Counted from the stretch's first letter, positions 9,375 through 19,618 are shown. The stretch: DNA of 20,000 nucleotides from an uncultured virus (IMG/VR IMGVR_UViG_3300036766_001719) (IMGVR_UViG_3300036766_001719); one strand, 5' to 3'. The notes: a model not told the origin generated them from the sequence alone. Translations and numbers: made by a program.

Positions 9375-9518
9375 ATGACAATGTATTTCTTAGTTGGTTT
9401 AGTTGTAGTTTGTGTAATAATAGGGGTCGCTACACTTTTTATGAAGTGTAACTGCTCCTGTTGCGGACACGACCAATGTGGCGGAAAAGATTGCAAATGC
9501 GATTGCTGCCCTCATTAG
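9375..9518 (+). CDS. 47-aa membrane-anchored Cys-rich (metallothionein-like) peptide
   Basis: AGGAGG Shine-Dalgarno; MTMYFLVGLVVVCVIIGVATLFMKCNCSCCGHDQCGGKDCKCDCCPH. Confidence 0.75.
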   Translation: MTMYFLVGLVVVCVIIGVATLFMKCNCSCCGHDQCGGKDCKCDCCPH

Positions 9519-9718
9519 TGTTGTTCTGTACCGTAATAACCTAAGCCTAGAAATTTTCTTTTCGGCTTGACCTCTCCATGAATAAATGGGGAGGTCTTTC
9601 TTTTATTACGTTCTATTCTTTCTTTGCTGAAGGTAACTTGCGTCAAATCTCTTGGTGCATCCAAAAAATGGTCATCAGACACATCAGGTAGAGATTCAAG
9701 CCAAGCTTTGAAATTCAT
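9515..9718 (-). CDS. Hypothetical protein (MNFKAWLE N-terminus)
   Basis: 67-aa ORF. Confidence 0.65.
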   Translation of the reverse strand: MNFKAWLESLPDVSDDHFLDAPRDLTQVTFSKERIERNKRKTSPFIHGEVKPKRKFLGLGYYGTEQH

Positions 9719-9846
9719 CCAAGTATATAGTATCTCTCTATCCCAAACGGCGGCAGAGGCTTATAAATTTAATTATTCCTCTGCCTCAAATTGTCAAAGA
9801 TCAACCATGCCAAGAATCTTGGTACAGTTAACAAATCCTGCGAATC

Positions 9847-9918
9847 TAGCCCGTAGGAGAATCGAACTCCTGTCAACTGATTGAAAGCCAGTTATCCTTG
9901 CCGCTAGACGAACGGGCC
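9847..9918 (-). tRNA. tRNA-Glu(UUC)
   Basis: GGCCCGU/ACGGGCU, ACUGG-CUUUCAA-UCAGU, AGGAG-UUCGAUU-CUCCU. Confidence 0.92.
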
Positions 9919-9929
9919 ATTTTCCCAAC

Positions 9930-9962
9930 AAAAAACCCCACTCAGTTACCTAAGCGGGGTTG
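9930..9962 (-). terminator. Intrinsic terminator
   Basis: AAACCCCGCUUAG-GUAA-CUGAGUGGGGUUU running into a U tract. Confidence 0.75.
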
Positions 9963-10089
9963 ACTCATGTTCCCGGCTCAGGCATTTGCTCCTGAGCCTT
10001 TATTTAAACTCAGAGCATCAGCTTATCCGCTTCATTTGCGGGTTCATGATTAAAACATGGATGATTCTGAGTCATTTTCATACTACCTT

Positions 10090-10118
10090 ATTGTACGCAT
10101 CACAAAACAAATTTTCAA
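10090..10118 (-). promoter_or_regulatory. Putative sigma70 promoter TTGAAA-17-TACAAT
   Basis: Near-consensus match upstream of a structured ~150-nt segment. Confidence 0.55.
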
Positions 10119-10122
10119 GGAA

Positions 10123-10173
10123 AATTTTGGAAGTGGGAGAAAATTTTTTACCAGACCTCCCACTTCCAAAATT
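10123..10173. terminator. 17-bp perfect inverted repeat, probable terminator
   Basis: aattttggaagtgggag ... ctcccacttccaaaatt just downstream of ORF 10183-10275. Confidence 0.65.
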
Positions 10174-10182
10174 ATTCAAACT

Positions 10183-10275
10183 TTACCCGCCACAAGTTGA
10201 AGCAGGGGTTTTCTTAGGAGAAGCCTTCTTAGGAGCTTTCTTTGGCTCCTTCTTCGGAGATTTACTCTTACTCAT
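10183..10275 (-). CDS. 30-aa basic xPKK-repeat peptide ending in CGG
   Basis: MSKSKSPKKEPKKAPKKASPKKTPASTCGG; AAAGGG upstream and inverted repeat downstream. Confidence 0.7.
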   Translation of the reverse strand: MSKSKSPKKEPKKAPKKASPKKTPASTCGG

Positions 10276-10364
10276 GTTTTTCCCTTTCTAGAAAAAAGTT
10301 ACCGTTAACATAGTAGATGTTTACTTTTTTTCTTTGTAATTGTCAATATTATTTAAAATATTTA

Positions 10365-10673
10365 TCATAATGAATTAATCAATTCATTTAATCTTACCTC
10401 GTTTTGCATACCAACTATTTTCTTTACCAAATTCCCATCTTTAAAAAATAATAAAGCTGGAATTGTGGATATCTCATAGGCAACTGACAATTCTCTATTC
10501 TCTTCCACATTAACTTTACAGACTTTAATATCTGGATTGTTTTTAGCGAAACTTTCAAGAATTGGAGTTAAAGCTCTACATGGAGGGCACCAATGAGCGA
10601 ACATATCAACTATTACTAAGCCTTTAGCACTCATTACTTCAAAATCAAAACTCTCATTAGTAAGTTCTATCAT
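10365..10673 (-). CDS. trxA: Thioredoxin
   Basis: WCPPC active site, TIP cis-Pro motif, 102 aa. Confidence 0.93.
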   Translation of the reverse strand: MIELTNESFDFEVMSAKGLVIVDMFAHWCPPCRALTPILESFAKNNPDIKVCKVNVEENRELSVAYEISTIPALLFFKDGNLVKKIVGMQNEVRLNELINSL

Positions 10674-11129
10674 TTATAAACTCCAAACAAATCTATAGGC
10701 ATCTTCTTTATCAAACCAATTTTTAAGCACTTGAGTAGCTTTAAACTTCTGAGCTTTCAAAAACAAATGTGCATCTAAATTAGTTTCTCTGACATCAAAA
10801 ACCAACGCAGTTCTTTTATCAGGCTTTAACTTATCTTTCAATATATTTAGAAGTTCTGTACCTATTCCTTTTCTGGAATATTTCGCATCTACTACAAGTT
10901 TAGTCAGTCTGATATGGTCCTTATCCAAATGATAAATACAAATCCCAACTACTTTATTATAATTTTTATCTTCTGCTACAATGCCAACATTATTGATGCT
11001 TCTTAGATATGAAACGCACTCTTCTTCTGTCCAATTATTTTCCTTATCCTCTTTAGATATTCTCATTACATCCTTCATATCTCTTCTTATCATGATGCGG
11101 AAATATAAATTTTTAACTTTTGTTTTCAT
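10674..11129 (-). CDS. RimI-like GNAT acetyltransferase
   Basis: RKGIGT acetyl-CoA motif, VRETNLDAHLF, EDAY. Confidence 0.82.
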   Translation of the reverse strand: MKTKVKNLYFRIMIRRDMKDVMRISKEDKENNWTEEECVSYLRSINNVGIVAEDKNYNKVVGICIYHLDKDHIRLTKLVVDAKYSRKGIGTELLNILKDKLKPDKRTALVFDVRETNLDAHLFLKAQKFKATQVLKNWFDKEDAYRFVWSL

Positions 11130-11137
11130 GTAGACCT

Positions 11138-11740
11138 CTAAAATTCCTTACAAATGCAAGCTTGATACCTAAGAATCAAATTACCTAACCAATGACTATA
11201 AGTTTTTGTATATGGCATCATTTTAGACCTAAAAATTTCAAATAAATTAGTATGTCTAAGCATTATATGGGCCAATACCTTCTTATAATTATCAAATCGT
11301 TCATCAAATGTCAATTTCTTATCAATAGTCTCAAAAACAGAATTTTTAAAGCTTTTAGTGCCATAATTAGCTAACCATTGATCGCAATAGCAAATCAATA
11401 TTTCCCAAAAAGCCAAAACTACTTCTTTTTCTCCTACTACTGGCTTCAATTTTACTCCTTTAGCAAAATTCATAAAATAATAGTAATAATCATCCCATTC
11501 GAAAATTTTCTCATAATCACTAGTAACAAAACACTCTTTATTATCTAGTAATCCATTTGCTGAAGGGTTGAAATAATTTAAATAATATCTACCAGGGTGA
11601 TTTTGGAATTCTTTCCATTCAAAAGTTAAAAGTAAATAAGGTCGCTCTGGAATTGAAAGCAATAAAGCTCCCTTTGCCGTAAAAGGAATCAATGGAACAT
11701 TTAAGTTATGTCGCTTAAAATATTCTTCTTGAAGCAACAT
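11138..11740 (-). CDS. Hypothetical protein
   Basis: 200-aa ORF, translationally coupled. Confidence 0.75.
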   Translation of the reverse strand: MLLQEEYFKRHNLNVPLIPFTAKGALLLSIPERPYLLLTFEWKEFQNHPGRYYLNYFNPSANGLLDNKECFVTSDYEKIFEWDDYYYYFMNFAKGVKLKPVVGEKEVVLAFWEILICYCDQWLANYGTKSFKNSVFETIDKKLTFDERFDNYKKVLAHIMLRHTNLFEIFRSKMMPYTKTYSHWLGNLILRYQACICKEF

Positions 11741-11955
11741 TAAATTTCAACTCCCATCGACTGAAAAAGATCAGGTGTCGTAATCCAACATTTTTCCTCA
11801 TCATTCCAGATAACAGGATACTTTTCTGGAAATGAATCCAATATATCGAACAATTCCACTGCTGTTCTAGACCTTTCAACAGACCGATGAAAGATCAAAG
11901 GATGAATGTTACTGTATCTTTCTTTTAATTTTTCTACCGTTACTTTATCCAACAT
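11740..11955 (-). CDS. Hypothetical protein
   Basis: 71-aa ORF overlapping neighbours. Confidence 0.7.
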   Translation of the reverse strand: MLDKVTVEKLKERYSNIHPLIFHRSVERSRTAVELFDILDSFPEKYPVIWNDEEKCWITTPDLFQSMGVEI

Positions 11956-12445
11956 CAGAATCCCTCAAATAATCCAAATTAGTTTTCAGCAATTGATGAA
12001 TTCGGGTCTTTGACAAATTTACCTTTTCTCCAATTTCTTTAAGAGTCATATCTTGCGCATAATACATCCAAAGAACTTTTTTACCAATATCAGAAACATC
12101 TCTGGTCAGTTCATCAAAAGAATCTGAAAAATTTTCTGGCTCTGGCTCTGCTGCAAATTCATATTGTTCATCCCATTGATAAAACTTGGTCCCCCATTTT
12201 CTTCCTCCCAACCTTATACTTCTCATATAATCTTTAATTTCTCCAGAAATTCTATATGAAGCATAGGCTAAAAATGGCGTAAATCCATCATATTTAGATG
12301 CAGCATCTACTAGACCCATATAGGCAGCGCTTTTAAGCTCATCTAAATTGGTTTGGGAATTTTTTCTAAATTGATTTTTAGCAATGCTATCCGCAAAAGA
12401 AACATGATTTAAAATTAGATCATTGCGTTCCTCAATCGTTAACAT
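11945..12445 (-). CDS. Sigma70-family (FliA/WhiG-like) RNA polymerase sigma factor
   Basis: Region 2 DELKSAAYMGLVDAASKYD..FLAYASYRISGEIKDYMR; region 4 TLKEIGEKVNLSKTRIHQL. Confidence 0.88.
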   Translation of the reverse strand: MLTIEERNDLILNHVSFADSIAKNQFRKNSQTNLDELKSAAYMGLVDAASKYDGFTPFLAYASYRISGEIKDYMRSIRLGGRKWGTKFYQWDEQYEFAAEPEPENFSDSFDELTRDVSDIGKKVLWMYYAQDMTLKEIGEKVNLSKTRIHQLLKTNLDYLRDSDVG

Positions 12446-12511
12446 AGTTATCTCCTAGTTTAAAAAGTTACTATATGTAGTATAGTTGCAAGTATATTTT
12501 TTTATTAAAAA

Positions 12512-12733
12512 TTATTCAATAGGTCTTTCGTCCATCCTATTGTATGGCACTTGAGATGTAGTAACATCCACTAAGCCATTATCTACTTTAGTAGGCTGTT
12601 CGTCTGTTGTCGAAAAGATATTAGTAAAATATTCGCCAAATCTAACTAAAAACAATGAAATGCCAACCAATATAATTAACTGAATCATTGATAAAATCAA
12701 TAAAATTATACAAACCAAAATTTCAGCGCCCAT
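12512..12733 (-). CDS. Small membrane protein
   Basis: Long N-terminal hydrophobic stretch. Confidence 0.7.
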   Translation of the reverse strand: MGAEILVCIILLILSMIQLIILVGISLFLVRFGEYFTNIFSTTDEQPTKVDNGLVDVTTSQVPYNRMDERPIE

Positions 12734-13844
12734 TTTGTATGCCCACTTTCAAAAAAGGATCAGTTCGCCAATCCCTGCCTTTAAATAAGGCAAGTCCATC
12801 ATCTAAAATTTTTGACTTTACAGTTACATTAGATGCTGAAGTCACAGAATTATTCTCAGTATTATAGTTAAACAGTATTTTAAATTTATTTTCCATATTA
12901 TAAATTGGCTCTGTGGTAAAAAACACACTAAATCTTGTCGCCTTATTATCTTTACTAATTATCATGTTAAATTGCCAATCATTAGTTTTTCCATCTATGC
13001 AAACCAATTTGAATAAGAATTTCCAAGAAGACATTTGAACTGACCCTTGCCAAGAATCATCTGATGATACATGAGTCAAAGCCACATCTAATTTTTTTTT
13101 ATTTTTCTCAAGAAATTCTCCTAAAACACTAGTTTTATGCAAGTTATGCTCAAAAGATAAAACGGTAGGGAAAGATGCTCCAAATCTAGTAGAAACTAAT
13201 TTTTTAGTTGATTTTAAAACATTAAAGTTTTCCACCTTATAGCCAGAAATCAAGTCCAATTTATTTAAGCTTATTATAGGAGTACTAATGCTTGGGGCGC
13301 AGGGATCAGTTGAGCATGGAAAAGCTACAATTTGGTCACAAGGATCAATAAAGGGAGCGCAATCACATATTAAAAAATCCACATCCTCGTATTGGTCTGA
13401 AACTGACTCTCCTTCATTTAACATTTTTTTAACATCACAACACAAAGTTGGGCGCATATATTTTTGGACTCTACGAATAAATCCTCCGGGCTTACGATTA
13501 CAACAATCTTCTTTAAATCTCTCACACAAATGTTCAACACTTGTAGCCAAAACATGCCATAGCTCTAAAGTGGTTGAAACGCAATTGGTGACTGGATCAC
13601 AACTTGGGATTATACAACAATCCCAATCTCGACCTTGGAAGCTACAAGTTGATATACCAGGGACACATTGATTTGAAGGACAAAATCCATTAGAAAATTC
13701 AACTCTATACCAATAAAGCGGACCTTCTCCAACAAACCATTCAAAGGTTTTATCAACACCTATTGCGCCTTGAAGATTCCATTGGAATTCCCTAGTTACA
13801 CTAATAACTTCCGATATTACTGTTCTACTGCAAAAATCAATCAT
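12723..13844 (-). CDS. Hypothetical protein with a Cys-rich N-terminal half
   Basis: 373-aa ORF. Confidence 0.75.
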   Translation of the reverse strand: MIDFCSRTVISEVISVTREFQWNLQGAIGVDKTFEWFVGEGPLYWYRVEFSNGFCPSNQCVPGISTCSFQGRDWDCCIIPSCDPVTNCVSTTLELWHVLATSVEHLCERFKEDCCNRKPGGFIRRVQKYMRPTLCCDVKKMLNEGESVSDQYEDVDFLICDCAPFIDPCDQIVAFPCSTDPCAPSISTPIISLNKLDLISGYKVENFNVLKSTKKLVSTRFGASFPTVLSFEHNLHKTSVLGEFLEKNKKKLDVALTHVSSDDSWQGSVQMSSWKFLFKLVCIDGKTNDWQFNMIISKDNKATRFSVFFTTEPIYNMENKFKILFNYNTENNSVTSASNVTVKSKILDDGLALFKGRDWRTDPFLKVGIQNGR

Positions 13845-13906
13845 AATATAATTAAGTTTTCAATTCAATTATATTTAGCCTACGACTAAATATTCATAGA
13901 TTATAT

Positions 13907-14575
13907 ATGACTAAAAAATCACAAAATCACGGCTCACAATCTTACCATAATAAAAAAGGCTTTCATTTAGAGTTTAAAAATGCTAATCAAAAAATAGCTT
14001 GGTCTGAATTTGAACAAAACGACATCCTATTTATGACAGGACCAGCAGGTGTGGGGAAGTCTTACCTAGCTGCCGCTTTTGCTATTAGCGAGATACTTAA
14101 TAAAAACAAAAAAAAGATAATATTAACAAGACCCATATTAGAGGCAGGAGAATCTTTGGGTTTTTTGCCAGGAACCTTTGAAGAAAAAGTTAACCCTTAT
14201 ATGACTCCTCTTTATGACTCAATAGATAAAATCCTTGGAACATATGGCCCAGAACGAGAAAAAATAGATCAAGCCATAGAAATAGCCCCCATTGCTTATT
14301 TGCGTGGAAGAACTTTAGACAATGCAGTTTGTATTCTTGATGAAGCTCAAAACTGTACCCGCATACAATTAAAACTATTTTTAACTAGACTAGGCGAGAA
14401 CTCAAAGATGATTATTACCGCTGATCCAAAACAATCAGATTTAAAAGGCGAAGTACAATTAACAGAAATTCTTAATAAAATAAAAACAATCCCTGGAATT
14501 GCAACAATAGATTTCAAAGAATCTTCGATTGTTAGACATCCCCTTGTCGCTAAAATATTAGAAAGATTAGAGTAA
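13907..14575 (+). CDS. phoH: PhoH-family ATPase
   Basis: GPAGVGKS, LGFLPG, YLRGRTL, ILDEAQN. Confidence 0.95.
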   Translation: MTKKSQNHGSQSYHNKKGFHLEFKNANQKIAWSEFEQNDILFMTGPAGVGKSYLAAAFAISEILNKNKKKIILTRPILEAGESLGFLPGTFEEKVNPYMTPLYDSIDKILGTYGPEREKIDQAIEIAPIAYLRGRTLDNAVCILDEAQNCTRIQLKLFLTRLGENSKMIITADPKQSDLKGEVQLTEILNKIKTIPGIATIDFKESSIVRHPLVAKILERLE

Positions 14576-14583
14576 ATAATTTA

Positions 14584-15030
14584 ATGAACAGCTTTAAGTT
14601 ATTTTTTGAAGCCAGCGAAGAAGAAAAAAACGTAAAAGACACTCTAAACAAACTTCCTAAGTCACATGCTGCTTTAATAAAAAATTATAAATTTAAATGG
14701 CAAAAAGGGAATTGTTTAGATGGAGACAATAATCATGTTGGAGTAATTAATCCTAAAGCAAAAACCATTACAATAGCAGCTTCCTATAACTTTGGCAGAG
14801 AACATATAATATTACATGAATTGGCGCATAAAGTTTGGGAAACATTCATCATAAATGATTCAAAATTATTAAAAAAATGGAATAAAATAGTAAAAACCAC
14901 TAAAAATCGACCTAAGCAAAACAAAGAAGAACTTTTCTGTCATGCTTATAGCATTTACTATTGCAATAACAAAGTTGAAAAATTCAACTATCCAGAGTGG
15001 ATGCAATTTATTAAAAATTTATCTACGTAA
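14584..15030 (+). CDS. Putative zincin metallopeptidase
   Basis: ILHELAH (HExxH) with downstream EELFC. Confidence 0.65.
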   Translation: MNSFKLFFEASEEEKNVKDTLNKLPKSHAALIKNYKFKWQKGNCLDGDNNHVGVINPKAKTITIAASYNFGREHIILHELAHKVWETFIINDSKLLKKWNKIVKTTKNRPKQNKEELFCHAYSIYYCNNKVEKFNYPEWMQFIKNLST

Positions 15031-16014
15031 ATATTCTTTCCATGTCTTGCCTAATAAAAACCTATTTACCTGAGTTTTACTCATATTAACTCTCTTGGCT
15101 ATTTCTGTTTGACTAATATTGTTATTATGCAAATTAATTATTTCAACAGCAATATTTTTATTCATAATATGTCTATATTTTGTTTGTTTAAGTCCATCTA
15201 AGTTAATTTTATATTCCATACATTTATCTGGAACATATGGCTTTATAGAGTTTATAAAATCTAAATAAGAAGAGAATCCAATTGCTATTTCTGGTTTTTT
15301 ATTACGATCTCTAACCCAACAATTAGATATACCTAAATCCTTAATTTTATTAACTAAAAATTCACATTCGTCAAATGTAAAAGACAATGTTGAGAAATAC
15401 GCTTGTCCGTCATTTTCATTCCTCCATCCATCATCAAAAAACCAGATAGCCAAAGATAAAAAGGTGATTTTAATATCTTTAGGAACAATTTTAATTCTTT
15501 TTCCATTTTTATTAAATATATAATCGCCATTTGCATCACGTAAATACCATTTTAACTCCATTCCTTTAAATAAAGGATGAAATATTGTTCTCATGAAATA
15601 AAATTCATGCGGTCTATTTTCATAGATTGCCTTTAAAATATCTTTGTCAAAGCCCACAATAGTTTTATTATTAACTAATTTAGAGAATTTCACAGAAAAA
15701 GGCTTCAATCTTTCAAATTTCCAATGTAAGTAATCTTTCTGCTGTAGGCAATGTCCTTCCTCGTAACTAGACAATTTATTTTTTTTACCAATCTTAGTTA
15801 AACTGCCATCCCCTAACAATGAACCTGTTAAAATCTGCTCTTGATACTCCGTAAAAGGCACAGTAATGTCTTTATGTCTATTTGTTTTTCTTTTAATACC
15901 TAATTTCCTGGCACGCTTCCAAACTGACACAGCACAAATACCAAAATGATTAGCCGTATCTTGATTGGAATGACTAAGAAAATATTCTTCAAAATATTTA
16001 TTATCATCTATCAT
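15019..16014 (-). mobile_element. LAGLIDADG homing endonuclease flanked by HTH domains
   Basis: ILTGSLLGDGSL and SLAIWFFDDG motifs. Confidence 0.85.
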
Positions 16015-16030
16015 CTATTGAATTACTTAC

Positions 16031-16756
16031 CTAACTAATTAAAGTAGCATCTCGCATCAATTTAGGAATTTCTATTTGAGCTTTTTCGGTCAAAATCTCA
16101 AAGTCATTAACATCCAAAGAAAATATCCTATAATGATGACATATTTGGTTTCTCATAACTTGAGGTTTATAACCTTTTTGTTGCGCCTTCATAGTTGTAA
16201 TAAAAGATGTGCCTATCTGCGGAAGACTTTCTGGATATGGGCCAGTATCCTTCCAACAATCCCTAGTCATCAACAAACACCACTCTTGAACAAAATCCAC
16301 TTTTTGATTTTGAATAAAATAAGATTGTAATTCTACGCCAACCATTCCTGAGTTCTGAGATTCGGAAACATTAATCAAAAGATCAATCCAGGCAGGATTT
16401 AAAATTATCACATCACAATGCAAAAAGATTATATACTTAGAATTTTTATCAACCGCATTAGCACCTTTAGTAGCCGCTGGACCCCAATATAAATTCTTCT
16501 CATTTCTTATGACTTTTACTTCATCCTGAATCTCATCTAGGAAATCTTGACTTTCCTTGCCAGAACCATTATCTACTACTATAATCTCATAGTTGTTATT
16601 CATACTAGTAATAGCAATGCTCTGTAGGCACATATTCAAATATTCTGGCCTATCCTTATGAACTACTACTATAGAGACTTGTTCATCTGATCCATCATGC
16701 AAAGAAATATTCATCTCTGCACGATTCCCCTCTAGTGGATTATGCGGTCTATTCAA
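16031..16756 (-). CDS. Family 2 glycosyltransferase
   Basis: VSIVVV..., EIIVVDNGS, IFLHCD. Confidence 0.85.
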   Translation of the reverse strand: MNRPHNPLEGNRAEMNISLHDGSDEQVSIVVVHKDRPEYLNMCLQSIAITSMNNNYEIIVVDNGSGKESQDFLDEIQDEVKVIRNEKNLYWGPAATKGANAVDKNSKYIIFLHCDVIILNPAWIDLLINVSESQNSGMVGVELQSYFIQNQKVDFVQEWCLLMTRDCWKDTGPYPESLPQIGTSFITTMKAQQKGYKPQVMRNQICHHYRIFSLDVNDFEILTEKAQIEIPKLMRDATLIS

Positions 16757-16757
16757 A

Positions 16758-16967
16758 TTATTCCTCCAATATTATTTCATGAATTCCCCTCTGACATACA
16801 AATTCAATTAATCCATCTGGCGTTTGTACTTTTTCCGTAAAATTTTTCGAAAGTGTATTGGCATATTCTTGAGCCTTAACTACATCTTTATATGCCTTTT
16901 CAAATCTAACTAACATCATTTCGCCTTCAACTTGCCTTGATATAGTAACTACAAAATATATTTTCAT
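16758..16967 (-). CDS. Hypothetical protein
   Basis: 69-aa coupled ORF. Confidence 0.7.
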   Translation of the reverse strand: MKIYFVVTISRQVEGEMMLVRFEKAYKDVVKAQEYANTLSKNFTEKVQTPDGLIEFVCQRGIHEIILEE

Positions 16968-17476
16968 TTCACCCCTGTACTTCCAAAACCACCATTTCTT
17001 TCTGATGGGTCTAATTGTGCCACTTGTTCAAAATCAAAATAATAAACTGGTTTAATTGCCATTTGAGCTATGCGATCTCCATGTTCAATTGTAATCTTAT
17101 CTTTACTTAAATTAGTAAGTACCACACACAATTCAAAACGAAAATCAGCATCAATTGTTCCAATCCCATTAGTAACTATTATTCCTTTAGAAGCTCTGCC
17201 AGATCGTGATCTTATTTGAGCTTCATATCCTTCTGGCATTTGAATCTTAAACCCACATCCAATTTTTCTTGTTTCCCCAATCTCCATAACTACAGAACCT
17301 TCTGGAAGAAATGCTCGCAAATCACAACAAGCTGCCCCTTCCGTTTCATATTGAGGAATAAACCGCTCATCTTCAGCTATAATTCTAGTCTTTATTTTAC
17401 TAGATGATCTTTCATTAAAGCTTTCTGTAATAGATTGCGGCACTTTACTACAACATATGGCCTTTTTTCTTTCCAT
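16964..17476 (-). CDS. dut: Trimeric dUTPase
   Basis: AACCDL, RSRSG, GTIDADFR, GDRIAQ, RNGGFGSTG. Confidence 0.95.
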   Translation of the reverse strand: MERKKAICCSKVPQSITESFNERSSSKIKTRIIAEDERFIPQYETEGAACCDLRAFLPEGSVVMEIGETRKIGCGFKIQMPEGYEAQIRSRSGRASKGIIVTNGIGTIDADFRFELCVVLTNLSKDKITIEHGDRIAQMAIKPVYYFDFEQVAQLDPSERNGGFGSTGVK

Positions 17477-17739
17477 TAGAATTGCTCCTTAAAACTATCT
17501 GGATTCATAGCCTTGAAACCTTCTTGCGGAACTTTAGGAGGCGAAACATGTTTATATTGACTGTTTATATACTTAATCGCTAATACTTTAAACAACTCCA
17601 CATCGTTTATACTAGATTCATCTGGAATTAATACTTCATTTTTAAAACGATCCAAATATACAAACACTGACTTTTCAGTGTCTTTTTCTGTATATTCTAT
17701 TAAGGTGGGAAATAAAAATGTAATCCTGTTTATCTTCAC
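17476..17739 (-). CDS. Hypothetical protein
   Basis: 87-aa coupled ORF. Confidence 0.6.
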   Translation of the reverse strand: MKINRITFLFPTLIEYTEKDTEKSVFVYLDRFKNEVLIPDESSINDVELFKVLAIKYINSQYKHVSPPKVPQEGFKAMNPDSFKEQF

Positions 17740-17746
17740 AATATAT

Positions 17747-18163
17747 ATGAGTATGAAATTTAAAAGTTATTTTAATTTAATGGAATTCACTCTAAGTACA
17801 CCATTAGGAATAACCATCCCTCCACCTGCTTTTGGGGCTTTAACACCTGATTGGACTGGAACCGATACTAATTCCATGCCTTTAAGGGCAGGAGGCTTTG
17901 TAGGAACAAATCACCATCATCAACAATTAGACATAGGACTTCCAACAACTTCAAAAACAAGCAAAATCTGCATCTTAAAAGATAAACAAAACCCTATATT
18001 AATGGCACTAGAAGATGGTACACGACTATATCTGCCTTACGATTCTTTTAAACGAATTACAGGCGAACCAGAATTGGGCAGAATGGTTACTATAGTGATG
18101 CAACGAAGAATAGATGATAATTCAGCCACGCCATCACAAATCCAAAGTATTCATTGCCATTAA
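17747..18163 (+). CDS. Hypothetical protein (MSMKFKSYF N-terminus)
   Basis: ORF track; start moved to ATG 17747/17753 to avoid overlap with the divergent gene. Confidence 0.7.
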   Translation: MSMKFKSYFNLMEFTLSTPLGITIPPPAFGALTPDWTGTDTNSMPLRAGGFVGTNHHHQQLDIGLPTTSKTSKICILKDKQNPILMALEDGTRLYLPYDSFKRITGEPELGRMVTIVMQRRIDDNSATPSQIQSIHCH

Positions 18164-18651
18164 TCAACCGGCGTGGCTTTTAAAGAAATATTGTCTACAT
18201 TTATTAAATACCATTCCCCATCAATATATTCATATGTCAACTTAGCTAATCCATTTAAATAAATCCTAGAAGGCAACTTAGAATTAGTAACTGATTCTTT
18301 AGGCTGCGTTGTTGGTTTATTAGGATTAGTTGCCGTATGTTCTTTGGGGAGAACTTTTTCTTCTTTAGCCTCGCTTACTTTTGCAGATGCCTTTATATCT
18401 ACTACCAATACTTGAAAATCATCTACATATTTTTTACCAACAACCGAAACAACCATACTTTGAGTAAAATCAAACGGCCAAACCTGATTATAACTTATTG
18501 CAACACTTTTTCCGTCTAACTCCTTAACTAATTTATCACTATTTGTAATAAAAGACTTCTTACTGTGAATAAACATATATGAAAATACTAAAATTAATCC
18601 CACAAGAGCAGCAGCACTACCATAAATTATTTTATTCATTTTCCCCCTCAA
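18160..18651 (-). CDS. Membrane-anchored or exported hypothetical protein
   Basis: N-terminal hydrophobic helix. Confidence 0.7.
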   Translation of the reverse strand: MRGKMNKIIYGSAAALVGLILVFSYMFIHSKKSFITNSDKLVKELDGKSVAISYNQVWPFDFTQSMVVSVVGKKYVDDFQVLVVDIKASAKVSEAKEEKVLPKEHTATNPNKPTTQPKESVTNSKLPSRIYLNGLAKLTYEYIDGEWYLINVDNISLKATPVD

Positions 18652-19618
18652 ACTTAGTTAGTTTTTCAACAATCTTTCTATATTCCTTAGAAATTTTCTC
18701 TGGAATATCCACAATAGTAAATACAATCAAGTCTCCTTTAGTATCACTATTCAATCTGGGGACTCCCATGCCTTTTATTCTAAATTGAGTGCCATTTTTA
18801 GTACATTCTGGCATACTAATCTTTACTTCTTCATCTAACAAATTTTTGAATTTAATTTCTGCCCCCAATATAAATTTACTATATGGCATATGAGATTCAA
18901 GAATTAGATCATCATTATATCTTTTAAATTCCTCATGTTCATTTACATGGAAAAATATAATCAAGTCTCCATTTCTACGCCCAACTTCGCCCTCGCCAGC
19001 TATCCTTAAATGCATTCCATCAGCTATGCCAGGAGGGAATTTAAAGTTAATAGTCTTACCATTACTTTCTTCAAATCCAGTTTCTTTACAGGTTAAACAA
19101 GACTTTATGCCCTTTTTCCCTGATTGACCGCAAGAATTACAAGGAACTAATATGCTAACAGAACCTTGTTTAAGGGCTATTACTTTACCTTTACCGTTAC
19201 AATTAGAACATGCCTGCCATTCTGTGTATCCCACCCCCTTACATTCAGTACATTTGATCTTTTTAGGTACAATTACTGATCGTTCTCCTCCCGTAATAAC
19301 ATCTTTTAACTCTAAATTAACAGTAACTTCTATGTTTTTAGGTCGTTCTCCAACTAAATTATTCCACATCTCGCTAATATCAAAATTAGCGAACATAGAA
19401 TTATCTTCCGCAGAGCCATATAAATCATAATGATGACGTTTATTACCGTCACTCAAAATATGATACGCTTCTTGAACCTGTTTGAATTTTTCTTCTGCTT
19501 CTTTATCCCCTACATTACGGTCGGGATGAAAGGCAAAGGCAAGTTTTCTATAAGCTTTTTTTATTTCTTCTTCGGAAGCGTTCTTATCAACACCTAAAAC
19601 TTCATATAAGTTATTCAT
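18632..19618 (-). CDS. dnaJ: DnaJ chaperone
   Basis: J domain with HPD, four CxxC zinc-finger repeats, C-terminal domain. Confidence 0.95.
   Translation of the reverse strand: MNNLYEVLGVDKNASEEEIKKAYRKLAFAFHPDRNVGDKEAEEKFKQVQEAYHILSDGNKRHHYDLYGSAEDNSMFANFDISEMWNNLVGERPKNIEVTVNLELKDVITGGERSVIVPKKIKCTECKGVGYTEWQACSNCNGKGKVIALKQGSVSILVPCNSCGQSGKKGIKSCLTCKETGFEESNGKTINFKFPPGIADGMHLRIAGEGEVGRRNGDLIIFFHVNEHEEFKRYNDDLILESHMPYSKFILGAEIKFKNLLDEEVKISMPECTKNGTQFRIKGMGVPRLNSDTKGDLIVFTIVDIPEKISKEYRKIVEKLTKFEGENE

Noticed and set aside
10010..10050. Fluoride riboswitch or hammerhead-like AAGCUGAUG
   Set aside because: It lacks the 5' GGxGAUGG element and the CUGAUGA/GAAA core
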